From an uncultured Leptospirales bacterium (GTDB lineage: Bacteria > Spirochaetota > UBA4802 > JAKQUI01): DNA of 64,000 nt. Below the pieces are notes generated by a model that did no database searches, had not been told where the DNA came from, and saw nothing but the letters and a program-made list of their open reading frames with translations. The DNA is taken from NCBI GenBank assembly GCA_964652955.1, contig CAZZCF010000007.1, positions 1-64,000 of the forward strand, written 5' to 3'. This document shows, in pieces, positions 33,045 to 42,092 of the stretch. Position numbers and translations under genes: made by a program. Numbering within the stretch: the first letter of the stretch is position 1; every line of letters begins with the position of its first letter.

Positions 33045-33989
33045 ATGAATGAAAGCAAAGAGCATCTGAAAAAGAAAGTAGCAGTACTCGATGCTGTCAA
33101 CAGGGTTTTCAGGGAGGCGCTCCTCTGCGAAACGGAGGAGGAGGTTGCCAAGCAGTGCCTCGCGGTCGCCGAGGAGCTGACCGGGAGCAGGTTCGGTTAT
33201 ATCGGAGAGCTGAACGCTGCCGGTCTCTTCGACACCATCGCATTGAGCGATCCGGGATGGGGAGCGTGCAGAATGTCAGAAACAAATAAAGTTACTCTCA
33301 TCTATAACATGGAGATACGGGGCATATGGGGCCGGGTTCTACAAGATGGAAAATCGCTCATCGTCAACGAGCCGGCTTCACATCCCGACAGCACCGGCGT
33401 CCCCGAAGGACATCCGCCCCTGACAGCTTTTCTGGGAGTGCCATTGAAGCAGGTCGATAAGACGACCGGGATGATAGCCCTGGCGAACCGTGAGGGGGGC
33501 TATACTGATGCCGATCGCGAGGCAATCGAGGCTCTCTCGGTCGCCTTTGTGGAGGCCATACGAAGCAAACGGACCGAGCTCACCGTAAAGCAGCTCGCCC
33601 AAGAGATACTGGAGCTCTCCACACCGGTGATGCAGATATGGGATGGGGTGGTGGTGGCGCCGCTCATCGGCACCCTGGACATCGAGCGGACGCAGCAGTT
33701 CATGGAGCGACTCCTGAATGCCATTGTGGAGACGAAGTCTCCGGTCGCACTGATCGACATCACCGGTGTGCCGACCATCGACACGCAGACCGGGCAGCAT
33801 CTCATCGAAGCGATATCGGCTGCAAAGCTTCTGGGAACCGAAGTGGTGCTCACCGGCGTGAGTCCTGTTATTGCGCAGACGCTAGTGCACCTGGGCATCG
33901 ATCTCTCGGACTTCATCACCAGGTCGTCCCTCTCGGCGGGGGTGCGCGTGGCGCTGGATGCTTTGAATCTGCGTGTGGTCAGTAAATGA
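33045..33989 (+). CDS. RsbR-like stressosome sensor paralog 1: N-terminal GAF domain plus C-terminal STAS domain
   Basis: Start chosen at MNESKEHLKK (GGAGG RBS upstream). ORF track starts at 32961. The C-terminal 120 aa (ELSTPVMQIWDGVVVAPLIGTLD...IDITGVPTIDTQTGQHLIEA) matches the RsbR STAS domain. The N-terminal half is GAF-like. Confidence 0.78.
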   Translation: MNESKEHLKKKVAVLDAVNRVFREALLCETEEEVAKQCLAVAEELTGSRFGYIGELNAAGLFDTIALSDPGWGACRMSETNKVTLIYNMEIRGIWGRVLQDGKSLIVNEPASHPDSTGVPEGHPPLTAFLGVPLKQVDKTTGMIALANREGGYTDADREAIEALSVAFVEAIRSKRTELTVKQLAQEILELSTPVMQIWDGVVVAPLIGTLDIERTQQFMERLLNAIVETKSPVALIDITGVPTIDTQTGQHLIEAISAAKLLGTEVVLTGVSPVIAQTLVHLGIDLSDFITRSSLSAGVRVALDALNLRVVSK

Positions 33990-34043
33990 AGATATTACCT
34001 CTCGTGAGGTATACCTATCCGGAAACCATTTAAGGAGAATGAA

Positions 34044-34991
34044 ATGGCACAGAGGAAAAAAGATGACGGGAGAGCGCCGGGAAGCGAGTTCCTGTACCGC
34101 ACGCTTATAAACAACCTCCCCCAGAAGATATTCTACAAGGACAAGAATTCAGGGTACGTATCCTGCAACGAGAGCTTTGCAAAGGATTTAGGGATTACCC
34201 CGAGTGAGTTCGCCGGGAAGACCGATTTCGACTTCTTCCCGAAGGAACTGGCGGAGAAGTACCGCACCGACGACCTGCGTATCATGGAGGCCGGTAAAAT
34301 AGAAGAGATTGACGAGAGCTATTTGAAGGATGGAGAGGAGTTCTTCGTCCATACGGTCAAAGTGCCCATCAGAGACGTGGATGGTGAGATCGCGGGCATT
34401 CTCGGCATCTTCTGGGATGCCACCGCTAAAAAGCGTGATGAGGAGGAGCTGCAGCGGTACAAGGAACAGCTCGAGGAGATGGTGAAGGAGCGAACTGCAG
34501 AATTGCATCAAGCGAACGAGCGCCTCGAGGGGGAGATTGCCGAGGGGAAGCGGCGCGAGGAGATAATCGCGCAGCAGTCGCAGGAGATACTGGAGCTCTC
34601 AACGCCGGTACTGAAGATATGGGAGGGAGTTGTGGCGGCGCCGCTCATCGGCACCCTGGACAGCAATCGGACGCAGCAGTTCATGGACGTCTTTCTCAAC
34701 TCAATTGTGGCAAACAATGCACCGGTCGCACTCATCGACATCACCGGGGTGCCCACCATCGATACGCAGACCGGGCAGCACCTCATCGAGGCGATATCGG
34801 CGGCACGCCTCCTTGGCACCGAGGTGATTCTCACCGGGGTGCGGCCCGCCATCGCACAGACGCTGGTGCATCTGGGAATCGATCTCTCCGAGTTCAGAAC
34901 CTGCTCGTCCCTCTCCTCGGGCCTGAGCATGGCGCTGGAGACGCTCAACCGGGAGGTCATATCAAGAGATGACATACAAGGAGATCTGTAA
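34044..34991 (+). CDS. RsbR-like stressosome sensor paralog 2: PAS domain, coiled-coil linker, STAS domain
   Basis: 315 aa. PAS-like N-domain (FYKDKNSGYVSCNESFAKDLG), coiled-coil, then an RsbR-type STAS (ELSTPVLKIWEGVVAAPLIGTLD...). AAGGAG RBS. Confidence 0.8.
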   Translation: MAQRKKDDGRAPGSEFLYRTLINNLPQKIFYKDKNSGYVSCNESFAKDLGITPSEFAGKTDFDFFPKELAEKYRTDDLRIMEAGKIEEIDESYLKDGEEFFVHTVKVPIRDVDGEIAGILGIFWDATAKKRDEEELQRYKEQLEEMVKERTAELHQANERLEGEIAEGKRREEIIAQQSQEILELSTPVLKIWEGVVAAPLIGTLDSNRTQQFMDVFLNSIVANNAPVALIDITGVPTIDTQTGQHLIEAISAARLLGTEVILTGVRPAIAQTLVHLGIDLSEFRTCSSLSSGLSMALETLNREVISRDDIQGDL

Positions 34992-35161
34992 TGGGAGCTG
35001 AAAATATATCGGTCATTAAGATGGGAGATACGCTCATGGTTACGGTTCCGGCCGATCCGGACGACGAGACGGTATTCGCGCTGCAGGAGCGGATTCTCGC
35101 GGCAATGGAGAAGCAAGAGGTGAAGGAGCTTGAGGATTGCATTGTTGAAGATCTTCATTGA
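34991..35161 (+). pseudogene. Truncated duplicate of rsbS (first about 40 aa of the STAS protein, then diverges and stops)
   Basis: TAATG overlap with the paralog-2 stop. Encodes MGAENISVIKMGDTLMVTVPADPDDETV..., identical to the N-terminus of the intact RsbS at 36219, then out-of-family sequence and a stop after 56 aa. Confidence 0.6.
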
Positions 35162-35226
35162 GGTAAATGATTCAACTGTAATTTGATAATAATATTCGAA
35201 GATGTATTAAATTATAGGAGTATGGC

Positions 35227-36219
35227 ATGAGCAATGAGAGGAAAACAAAAAAAAAGCTTATCGAAGAACTGGAGGGACTGCGCGGCAAAATAACTGAACT
35301 CGAAGGGGCTATGTCTGAAGAAGAACCGATGTTACGTCGCGAACAGGATTTGATAGAGCTGAACAGGATGATGATATCGGCTTCAACGTTCGGTATTATC
35401 GTGTATAAGGCTTCCGGACAATGTGTTATTGCAAACGAAACGGCAGCCAAATCCATCGGTGCAACCAGAGAACAGGTGTTGCAGCAAAACTTTTACCATA
35501 TAGAATCATGGGAAAAGAGCGGTTTGCTTGAGGCAGCGAAAGGAGCACTCAAAGATGGATCGGATAAGAAGATTGAAATACATACTATTTCAACATTTGG
35601 GAAGGATATCTGGTTGGGATGCCGTTTTACTCCGTTTGTATACCTTGATGAACAATACCTCATGCTCATTTTTGAAAATATTACCGACCGGATTATCGTT
35701 TCACAGGAGCTGCAAAGAACCCGTGACGAACTGAAGGAGAAAAACGAGAAACTCGAGAAGGAGATATCAGAGGGCAGAAAACGAGAGGAGATAATAAGAC
35801 GGCAGCATCAGGAAATACTGGAGCTCTCAACACCTGTCATGAAAATCTGTGAGGGCGTGGTGGCGGCGCCTCTCATCGGCACACTGGACAGCCAGCGGAC
35901 GCAGCAGTTCATGGATGTCTTTCTCAATGCCATTGTTGATAACAACGCGCCGGTTGCTCTGGTGGATATCACCGGAGTTCCCACCATCGATACGCAGACC
36001 GGCCAGCATCTCATCGAGGCCATATCGGCGGCGCGCCTCCTGGGAACCGAGGTGATTCTCACCGGAGTGCGGCCCGCCATCGCGCAGACCCTGGTGCATC
36101 TCGGAATCGATCTCTCAGATCTCAGGACCTGCTCCTCCCTATCGGCAGGGCTGAGCATGGCGCTGAGGACGCTCAACCGGGAGGTCATATCAAGAGATGA
36201 CATACAAGGAGATCTGTAA
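35227..36219 (+). CDS. RsbR-like stressosome sensor paralog 3: PAS domain, coiled-coil, STAS domain
   Basis: 330 aa. PAS N-domain. The C-terminal STAS is nearly identical to paralog 2 (ELSTPVMKICEGVVAAPLIGTLD...NREVISRDDIQGDL). Confidence 0.8.
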   Translation: MSNERKTKKKLIEELEGLRGKITELEGAMSEEEPMLRREQDLIELNRMMISASTFGIIVYKASGQCVIANETAAKSIGATREQVLQQNFYHIESWEKSGLLEAAKGALKDGSDKKIEIHTISTFGKDIWLGCRFTPFVYLDEQYLMLIFENITDRIIVSQELQRTRDELKEKNEKLEKEISEGRKREEIIRRQHQEILELSTPVMKICEGVVAAPLIGTLDSQRTQQFMDVFLNAIVDNNAPVALVDITGVPTIDTQTGQHLIEAISAARLLGTEVILTGVRPAIAQTLVHLGIDLSDLRTCSSLSAGLSMALRTLNREVISRDDIQGDL

Positions 36220-36599
36220 TGGGAGCTGAAAATATATCGGTCATTAAGATGGGAGATACGCTCATGGTTACGGTTCCGGCCGATCCGGACGACGAGACGG
36301 TATCCGCGCTGCAGGAGCGGATTCTCGCGGCAATGGAGAAGCACGAGGCCAAGGGATTGATACTTGACTTATCCACCGTCGAGACGATGGATTCCTTTTT
36401 CGCGCGGATTGTGGCCGAGACCGCACAGATGGTTCAGCTCATGGGCGGCCGGACGGTGATCGCGGGGATGCGGGCGAGCGTTGCCATCACCACCACGCAG
36501 CTGGGGCTGACCCTGGGGAATGCCATGACCGCCCTCGACGTGGACTGGGCGCTCCTGATGCTCGTCAGGAAACCGGCCGGAGGCATTGGGGATGAATGA
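36219..36599 (+). CDS. rsbS: RsbS-like single-STAS anti-sigma-factor antagonist (stressosome scaffold)
   Basis: 126-aa STAS-only protein with the conserved phosphorylatable region (LILDLSTVETMDS). Translationally coupled (TAATG) to the preceding rsbR paralog. Confidence 0.82.
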   Translation: MGAENISVIKMGDTLMVTVPADPDDETVSALQERILAAMEKHEAKGLILDLSTVETMDSFFARIVAETAQMVQLMGGRTVIAGMRASVAITTTQLGLTLGNAMTALDVDWALLMLVRKPAGGIGDE

Positions 36600-37008
36600 C
36601 AACGAAAATCCGATTGGCGAGGTTCCAATTCAGAACGAGGGCGATATCGTATCGGCCCGTAAGGTCGCGAGAGAGGTGTCGCAAAAGCTCGGATTCGGCG
36701 TCACCGATGTCACCCGAATCGTGACTGCGGTCTCGGAGCTGGCGCGAAATATCTACCGCTTTGCCGGAACGGGGATAATGCGCTGGAGTGTCATGAACGA
36801 GGGTATTGTCGGTATTGAGCTCATATTCGAGGACAAGGGACCCGGCATCACCGATATTGAACAGGCTATGGGCTTGGGATTCACCAGCGGGCAGGGACTG
36901 GGGATGGGGCTTCCCGGAGCCAGGCGGCTCATGGATGAGCTGGAGATCGAGTCGCGGGTGGGAGTCGGCACCACGGTGACGGTGCGAAAGTGGCTCAAGA
37001 GAAAATAA
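36586..37008 (+). CDS. rsbT: RsbT-like GHKL serine kinase (switch protein)
   Basis: 140 aa. N-box SELARNIYRFAG, G1 DKGPGI, G2 GLGMGLPG. Overlaps the rsbS 3' end as in rsbRST operons. Confidence 0.82.
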   Translation: MGMNDNENPIGEVPIQNEGDIVSARKVAREVSQKLGFGVTDVTRIVTAVSELARNIYRFAGTGIMRWSVMNEGIVGIELIFEDKGPGITDIEQAMGLGFTSGQGLGMGLPGARRLMDELEIESRVGVGTTVTVRKWLKRK

Positions 37009-37009
37009 C

Positions 37010-38023
37010 GTGATTGATTCGGAACATTCCATACCGGTAACGCACACAGGCGATGTGAACAGAGCGCGCACGGCAGCAAGGGAAGCAGCCGTGAATATCG
37101 GTTTTGCCGAGAAGGAGGGGGAGGAGATCGCCCTGGTGACAAGCGAGCTCGCCACCAACCTCTGCAAGCATGCGAGGGGCGGCGTTCTGATCATCTCGGC
37201 AATCGGGGAAGGAACGAAGCGGGGGATTCAGGTTGAAACGTCCGACCGGGGGCCGGGAATAGCCGATGTCGACGATGCAATGACCAACGGCTTTTCCACA
37301 ACGGGGAGCCTCGGGTACGGGATTGGAACGGTTATCAGGCTCATGGATGAGGTTGCTGTCAGTTCCCTGGAGAAGGATGCCGGCACGAGGGTGATCTGCA
37401 AAAGATGGGTTCGCGATATGAGTGACGGGGTAAAGAGATGTCCGCTCGATTTCGGCGTTGCAATCCGTCCCCGTCCGGGGAGCAGCCTTAACGGCGATGC
37501 GTATGTAATCAGGAAGTGGAACGATTGTGCACTGGTCGGACTCATCGACGGTCTCGGGCACGGACAGTTTGCTCATCGTGCATCGCAGACGGCAAAGAAG
37601 TACATCGAGAGGCATTTCGAACAGCCGCTGCAGAATCTCTTTCTCGGGACGGCGCGGCAGTGCCGGTCAACGCGGGGAGTGGTGATGGCGCTTGCCCGTT
37701 TCGACTGGGAAGCAAAGCGGCTCACCTTCGCGAGCGTGGGGAATGTCGAGGTGCGGGTAGTAAATAGCCACGAGAAGTTTTCTTTTATTCAGCGGCGTGG
37801 CGTCATCGGTCTCAATGCGCCCGCTCCGGCGGTTACCGAGCACCGGTGGGAGGAGCACTATATTATGATTATGCATACGGATGGATTGAGAACGCGATGG
37901 CAGTGGAAGGATTTTCCGGAGCTCGTCGAGCAATCGGCAACCGAAGCAGCGCGTTTGTTTCTCCATAAGCTTGCAAAGGATATTGACGACGCAGCGGTTC
38001 TGGTGGTGAAGAGGAGAATATGA
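37010..38023 (+). CDS. Fusion protein: RsbW/RsbT-like GHKL kinase domain plus PP2C (SpoIIE-type) serine phosphatase domain
   Basis: 337 aa, GTG start. N-terminal GHKL motifs (SELATNLCKHARGG, DRGPGI, GYGIG). C-terminal PP2C metal-binding Asp motifs (GDAYVI, DGLGHG, MHTDGL). Confidence 0.78.
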   Translation: MIDSEHSIPVTHTGDVNRARTAAREAAVNIGFAEKEGEEIALVTSELATNLCKHARGGVLIISAIGEGTKRGIQVETSDRGPGIADVDDAMTNGFSTTGSLGYGIGTVIRLMDEVAVSSLEKDAGTRVICKRWVRDMSDGVKRCPLDFGVAIRPRPGSSLNGDAYVIRKWNDCALVGLIDGLGHGQFAHRASQTAKKYIERHFEQPLQNLFLGTARQCRSTRGVVMALARFDWEAKRLTFASVGNVEVRVVNSHEKFSFIQRRGVIGLNAPAPAVTEHRWEEHYIMIMHTDGLRTRWQWKDFPELVEQSATEAARLFLHKLAKDIDDAAVLVVKRRI

Positions 38024-38880
38024 AACAGGAGGAATTGCAGAAAAAGCTTGATAAGGCCTTGAGAACAATTCAGTCGCTTCAAGGTGAGCTCAGAGAGACC
38101 AATCAGGGCGTCATAGCACTCAACCTTGAGCTGGAGCAGCGGGTTGAGGAGAAGGAGAGGGCGGAGGAAGCGCTCCAGGATGCAAACAAGGAGCTCGAAG
38201 CCTTCAGCTACTCGGTATCGCATGACCTCCGGGCGCCGCTGCGTGCCATTGACGGCTTCGCCAATATACTCCTCGAGGAGTACAATGATGTGCTCGATGA
38301 TGAGGGGAAACGATTAATCGGTATAATTATGAAAAACGTCAATTCGATGGGGCAGCTCATCGACGATCTCCTGGCTTTCTCCCGGTTGAGCCGTCAGCAG
38401 ATGCAGCGTTTGGTGATAGACGTGCGACCGCTGGTTCAGGAGGTTGTCGACAATCTCATGCAGAGTGAAAATAACCGAAATATCGAATGGAAGATCGACG
38501 CGCTCCCCCCGGTGATCGGCGATCGCTCCATGATCCGGCAGGTCTACGCCAATCTCCTCTCCAACGCGATCAAGTTCACCCGGAAGCGGGATATCGCCCG
38601 CATCGAGGTGGGAGCACGTAAATGTGATGAGGAGATTGTCTATTTTGTACGGGATAACGGTGCGGGATTCGATATGCAGTATCAAGAGAAGCTCTTTGTC
38701 GTTTTCCAGCGGCTGCACAGCGAGAAGGATTTCGAGGGGACCGGTGTCGGTATGGCCAACGTCAGGCGCATCGTTCACCGGCACGGGGGACGGATCTGGG
38801 CGGAGGGGAAGGTCGGCGAGGGCGCGACTTTTTATTTTACCATTCCACCCGAGGAGGGAACCGATGAAATATCCCGATGA
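38020..38880 (+). CDS. Soluble histidine kinase (N-terminal coiled-coil, HisKA, HATPase_c). No sensor domain.
   Basis: 286 aa. About 60-aa coiled-coil, then H-box SHDLRAPL and GHKL motifs (DNGAGFD, GTGVGMA). ATGA overlap with the upstream gene. Confidence 0.85.
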   Translation: MKQEELQKKLDKALRTIQSLQGELRETNQGVIALNLELEQRVEEKERAEEALQDANKELEAFSYSVSHDLRAPLRAIDGFANILLEEYNDVLDDEGKRLIGIIMKNVNSMGQLIDDLLAFSRLSRQQMQRLVIDVRPLVQEVVDNLMQSENNRNIEWKIDALPPVIGDRSMIRQVYANLLSNAIKFTRKRDIARIEVGARKCDEEIVYFVRDNGAGFDMQYQEKLFVVFQRLHSEKDFEGTGVGMANVRRIVHRHGGRIWAEGKVGEGATFYFTIPPEEGTDEISR

Positions 38881-39396
38881 AGTTGGGAGTCTCCCCGTCG
38901 AAGTCCTGACCGGCGAGGTCAAAGTCGCCGCTGTTGGAGTCCTCCGCGCCAGCGCGTTGGGTTCATGCGTTGCGGTTGCGATGCTCGATGTTGAGGCCGG
39001 GATCGGCGGTCTTGCGCACGTGATGCTGCCGGGGTCCTCACCCGGTTACCGGGATGCAAAAGGAACGAAGTACGCCGAGGACGGGATACGCGAATTGATT
39101 CACTCCATGACGGCGCAGGGTGCGCGGCTCGAAAGTCTCGTGGCCTGTGTGTTGTCGGCGGCGGCAACATCCTCGAGCGTTATGACGACACGATCTGCGA
39201 GGCGAATATCAGGTCGGTTACCAAGGTTCTCGCAGGGATGGGCATTCGGATAATGGCCTGCGAGGTGGGTGGCTCCCAACGAAGGAGCGTTTCCCTCGAC
39301 GTGGAGTCCGCTCGTGTTTCCTGCACGGTCGGGGACTCGGCCTCGAAGCTGCTATGGCAAGGCCGGGGCGAGCGAGAGGAGGATGTCAACTCATGA
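38864..39396 (+). pseudogene. cheD: cheD (chemoreceptor glutamine deamidase) with an apparent single-base frameshift near 39148-39155
   Basis: Starts at MKYPDEV (GAGGAGG RBS) with the CheD core LGSCVAVAMLD...GGLAHVMLPG. After ...LVACV the reading frame shifts. The conserved continuation VGGGNILERYDD...ACEVGGSQRRSVSLDVESARV runs in the other frame to a TGA overlapping the next gene's ATG. Confidence 0.65.
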
Positions 39397-42092
39397 AGCG
39401 AAGGACAAAAGCGGATATACAACGAGAGAAGGGAGAGTTCCGCCAGCGCAGCACCGAACTGGAGTGCTCGGAGGACGGTACGTCGGAGAGCGGCAAGCTG
39501 GCGGCGGAGGTGAAAATCAAGGAAGCCCAGTATCGCGGGGTATTCGAGGCATCGAAAGACACTATCCTCATTTTCGATCTCGACGGCGTGATCAAAGAGG
39601 TCAATCCCGCCGCCTGCGACATGTATGGCTACTCGCACGGGGAGATGGTCGGACTCACCGGGAGGGACATTGTGCATCACGACTATCACCACTTGTTCAA
39701 GGAATTCGTTGCGAAAGCAGGGGCGGGCGAGCTGTTTGCCGCCGAGTCGGTTGATCTTCGGAAAGACGGTTCACAATTTGACATAGAGGTCAGAGGAAGT
39801 GGTTTCGAGTATATGGGCCGCCCTCATCTTCTCGCCATCGTTCGTGACATCACTGAGCGCAAGCAGATGGCGAAGGGCCTCCGGCGCATGGCGACGGTGG
39901 TGAGAGACTCCAACGACGCGATCACGATCCAGGACTTCGAGGGTAGGATCACGGACTGGAACCACGGCGCCGAGCTGATGTACGGCTATTCTGAGGAAGA
40001 GGCGTTCCAGTCGAACATCGATCGTCTGACGATTCCCGCCAAGGTTGCAGAGCAGAATGCTTTCATCCAACGGTTGGCGGCGGGCGAAGACGTCACGTCG
40101 TTCGAGACCCAGCGGGTGACCAAGGACGGGCGCGTCCTCGATGTCTGGATGACCGTCACCAAGCTGATGGACGATGCCGGCAAGCCGATTGGCCTGGCCT
40201 CCACCGAGCGCGACATCACCGAGCGCAAGCGGGCCGAGGCGGCGCGCGACGCTGCCTACCAGCAGCTCCTTAAGGCGGAACGAGATCTCTCAATCAGAAA
40301 CAAGATCAACGAGATATGCCTGACCATATCCGACGAGGAGATGTACGGCGAGATTCTGAAGGTCGTCTTGGAGCAGTTGAAGAGCAAGTACGGGACCTTT
40401 GGATGCCTCGAAGAGGACGGCTCACTGGTCGTCCCTTCCATGACCAGGGACGTCTGGGATCAATGCCGAGTTCCGCAAAAGGACATTATCTTCCCAAGAG
40501 ACAAATGGGGAAACAGCATCTGGTGCCGGGCGATCCTGGAGAAGAAGACCCTTCATTCAAATGAGCCGTCATACGTTCCAGAAGGGCACATCCCCATCCT
40601 TCGCAACATATCTGTACCCATCACATATGAGGGCAAAGCAATCGGCCTGTTCCAGGTCGCCAACAAGGATGCGGATTACGACGAAAACGACATCCAGATT
40701 CTCGAAACTATCGCCGGATTCGTAGCGCCGGTTCTAAATGCCAGGCTGCAAAGAGACAGGGAACTGCGGGAGCGCGAAAGAGCCGAAGAAGCGCTCAAGG
40801 CGTCAAACCAACAACTGGTGGCCAGCGAGCAGCAGCTCCGAGCAGCAAATCAGCAATTAGATGCCGGCAACCAGCAGCTCAGGGCCACCGAGCAGCAGCT
40901 TCGCGCGTCGAATCAGCAACTGGAGGCGAGCAATCAGCAGCTCCGGGCAACCGAGCGAGAGCTTCGGCAAAGCGAGCAGTTCATCAGGGCGGTGTTGGAC
41001 AACCTTCCTGTCGGCGTCGCTGTGAACTCGGTAGATCCCGCCGTGGCGTTCAGCTATATGAACGACAGCTTCCCAAGGATATACCGCACCACCAGAGAGG
41101 CGCTCGCCGACCGGGATGCCTTCTGGGAGGCGGTATATGAAGACCCCGTGTTCCGGGCGGAGATCAGGAAGAGGGTGCTGGAGGACTGCGCAAGCGGAGA
41201 CCCGGGAAGCATGAGATGGGAAGACGTCCCGATAACGCGCGAGGGGCAGGAGACTTCCTTCATTTTCGCGCGCAACATACCGGTTGCCGGAAAGGACCTG
41301 GCGATATCCATGGTATGGGATGTGACCGAGCGCAAGCGCGCGGAGGAAGAGCTCAGAAGACACCGCGATAATCTCGAAGAGCTGGTCGCGGAGCGCACCG
41401 TAGAGCTCGAGGCCTTCAGCTACTCGGTATCGCATGATCTCCGGACGCCGCTGCGGGCCATCGACGGCTTCGCAAATATTCTCCTCGAGGAGCACAACGA
41501 TGCGCTCGAAGAAGAGGGAAAACGGCTGCTCGGCATTATAATGAAGAATGTCAATTCAATGGGACAGCTCATCGACGATCTCCTGTCCTTCTCCCGGCTG
41601 GGCCGGCAGGAGATGAAGCGTATGGAGATTGACGTGCGGGCGCTGGTTCGGGAGGTTATCGACAATCTCATGCAGAGTGAGAATAATCGTAATATCGAAT
41701 GGAAGATCGACACGCTCCCTTCAATGATCGGCGATCGCTCGATGATACGGCAGGTCTACGCCAATCTCCTCTCCAACGCGATCAAGTTCACCCGGAAGCG
41801 GGATGCCGCGCGCGTCGAGGTAAGTTCCCGGGAGATCGACGAAGCAATTGTCTATTTCGTGCGGGATAACGGCGCTGGCTTCGATATGCAGTACGCGGAG
41901 AAGCTCTTCGGCGTCTTCCAGCGGCTGCACAGCGAGAAGGAGTTCGAGGGGACCGGGGTCGGCCTTGCCAATGTCAGGCGCATCGTTCACCGGCACGGGG
42001 GCAGGATCTGGGCCGAGGGGAAGGTCGGCGAGGGCGCGACTTTTTATTTTACCATTATGCATGAGGAGGGAACCGATGAAATATCCCGATGA
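39393..42092 (+). CDS. Cytoplasmic multi-sensor histidine kinase: PAS-PAS-GAF, heptad-repeat coiled-coil, PAS, HisKA, HATPase_c
   Basis: Start chosen at MKRRTKAD (AGGAGG RBS; track ORF starts at 39354). Two PAS (DITERK linkers), a GAF-like block, eight 7-aa repeats (A-x-N/E-Q-Q-L-R), a further PAS, and a kinase core paralogous to 38020..38880. Confidence 0.85.
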   Translation: MKRRTKADIQREKGEFRQRSTELECSEDGTSESGKLAAEVKIKEAQYRGVFEASKDTILIFDLDGVIKEVNPAACDMYGYSHGEMVGLTGRDIVHHDYHHLFKEFVAKAGAGELFAAESVDLRKDGSQFDIEVRGSGFEYMGRPHLLAIVRDITERKQMAKGLRRMATVVRDSNDAITIQDFEGRITDWNHGAELMYGYSEEEAFQSNIDRLTIPAKVAEQNAFIQRLAAGEDVTSFETQRVTKDGRVLDVWMTVTKLMDDAGKPIGLASTERDITERKRAEAARDAAYQQLLKAERDLSIRNKINEICLTISDEEMYGEILKVVLEQLKSKYGTFGCLEEDGSLVVPSMTRDVWDQCRVPQKDIIFPRDKWGNSIWCRAILEKKTLHSNEPSYVPEGHIPILRNISVPITYEGKAIGLFQVANKDADYDENDIQILETIAGFVAPVLNARLQRDRELRERERAEEALKASNQQLVASEQQLRAANQQLDAGNQQLRATEQQLRASNQQLEASNQQLRATERELRQSEQFIRAVLDNLPVGVAVNSVDPAVAFSYMNDSFPRIYRTTREALADRDAFWEAVYEDPVFRAEIRKRVLEDCASGDPGSMRWEDVPITREGQETSFIFARNIPVAGKDLAISMVWDVTERKRAEEELRRHRDNLEELVAERTVELEAFSYSVSHDLRTPLRAIDGFANILLEEHNDALEEEGKRLLGIIMKNVNSMGQLIDDLLSFSRLGRQEMKRMEIDVRALVREVIDNLMQSENNRNIEWKIDTLPSMIGDRSMIRQVYANLLSNAIKFTRKRDAARVEVSSREIDEAIVYFVRDNGAGFDMQYAEKLFGVFQRLHSEKEFEGTGVGLANVRRIVHRHGGRIWAEGKVGEGATFYFTIMHEEGTDEISR

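Noticed and set aside
33590-36360. Repeated nearly identical segments that could superficially resemble a repeat array
   Set aside because: The repeats are 300-550 nt coding segments of paralogous STAS domains, not short regularly spaced repeats with unique spacers. Not CRISPR.
39269-39754. 161-aa ORF overlapping the cheD end and the start of the PAS-GAF kinase
   Set aside because: Out of frame with two genes that both show conserved family sequence. Arg/Gly-rich. No start-site support.
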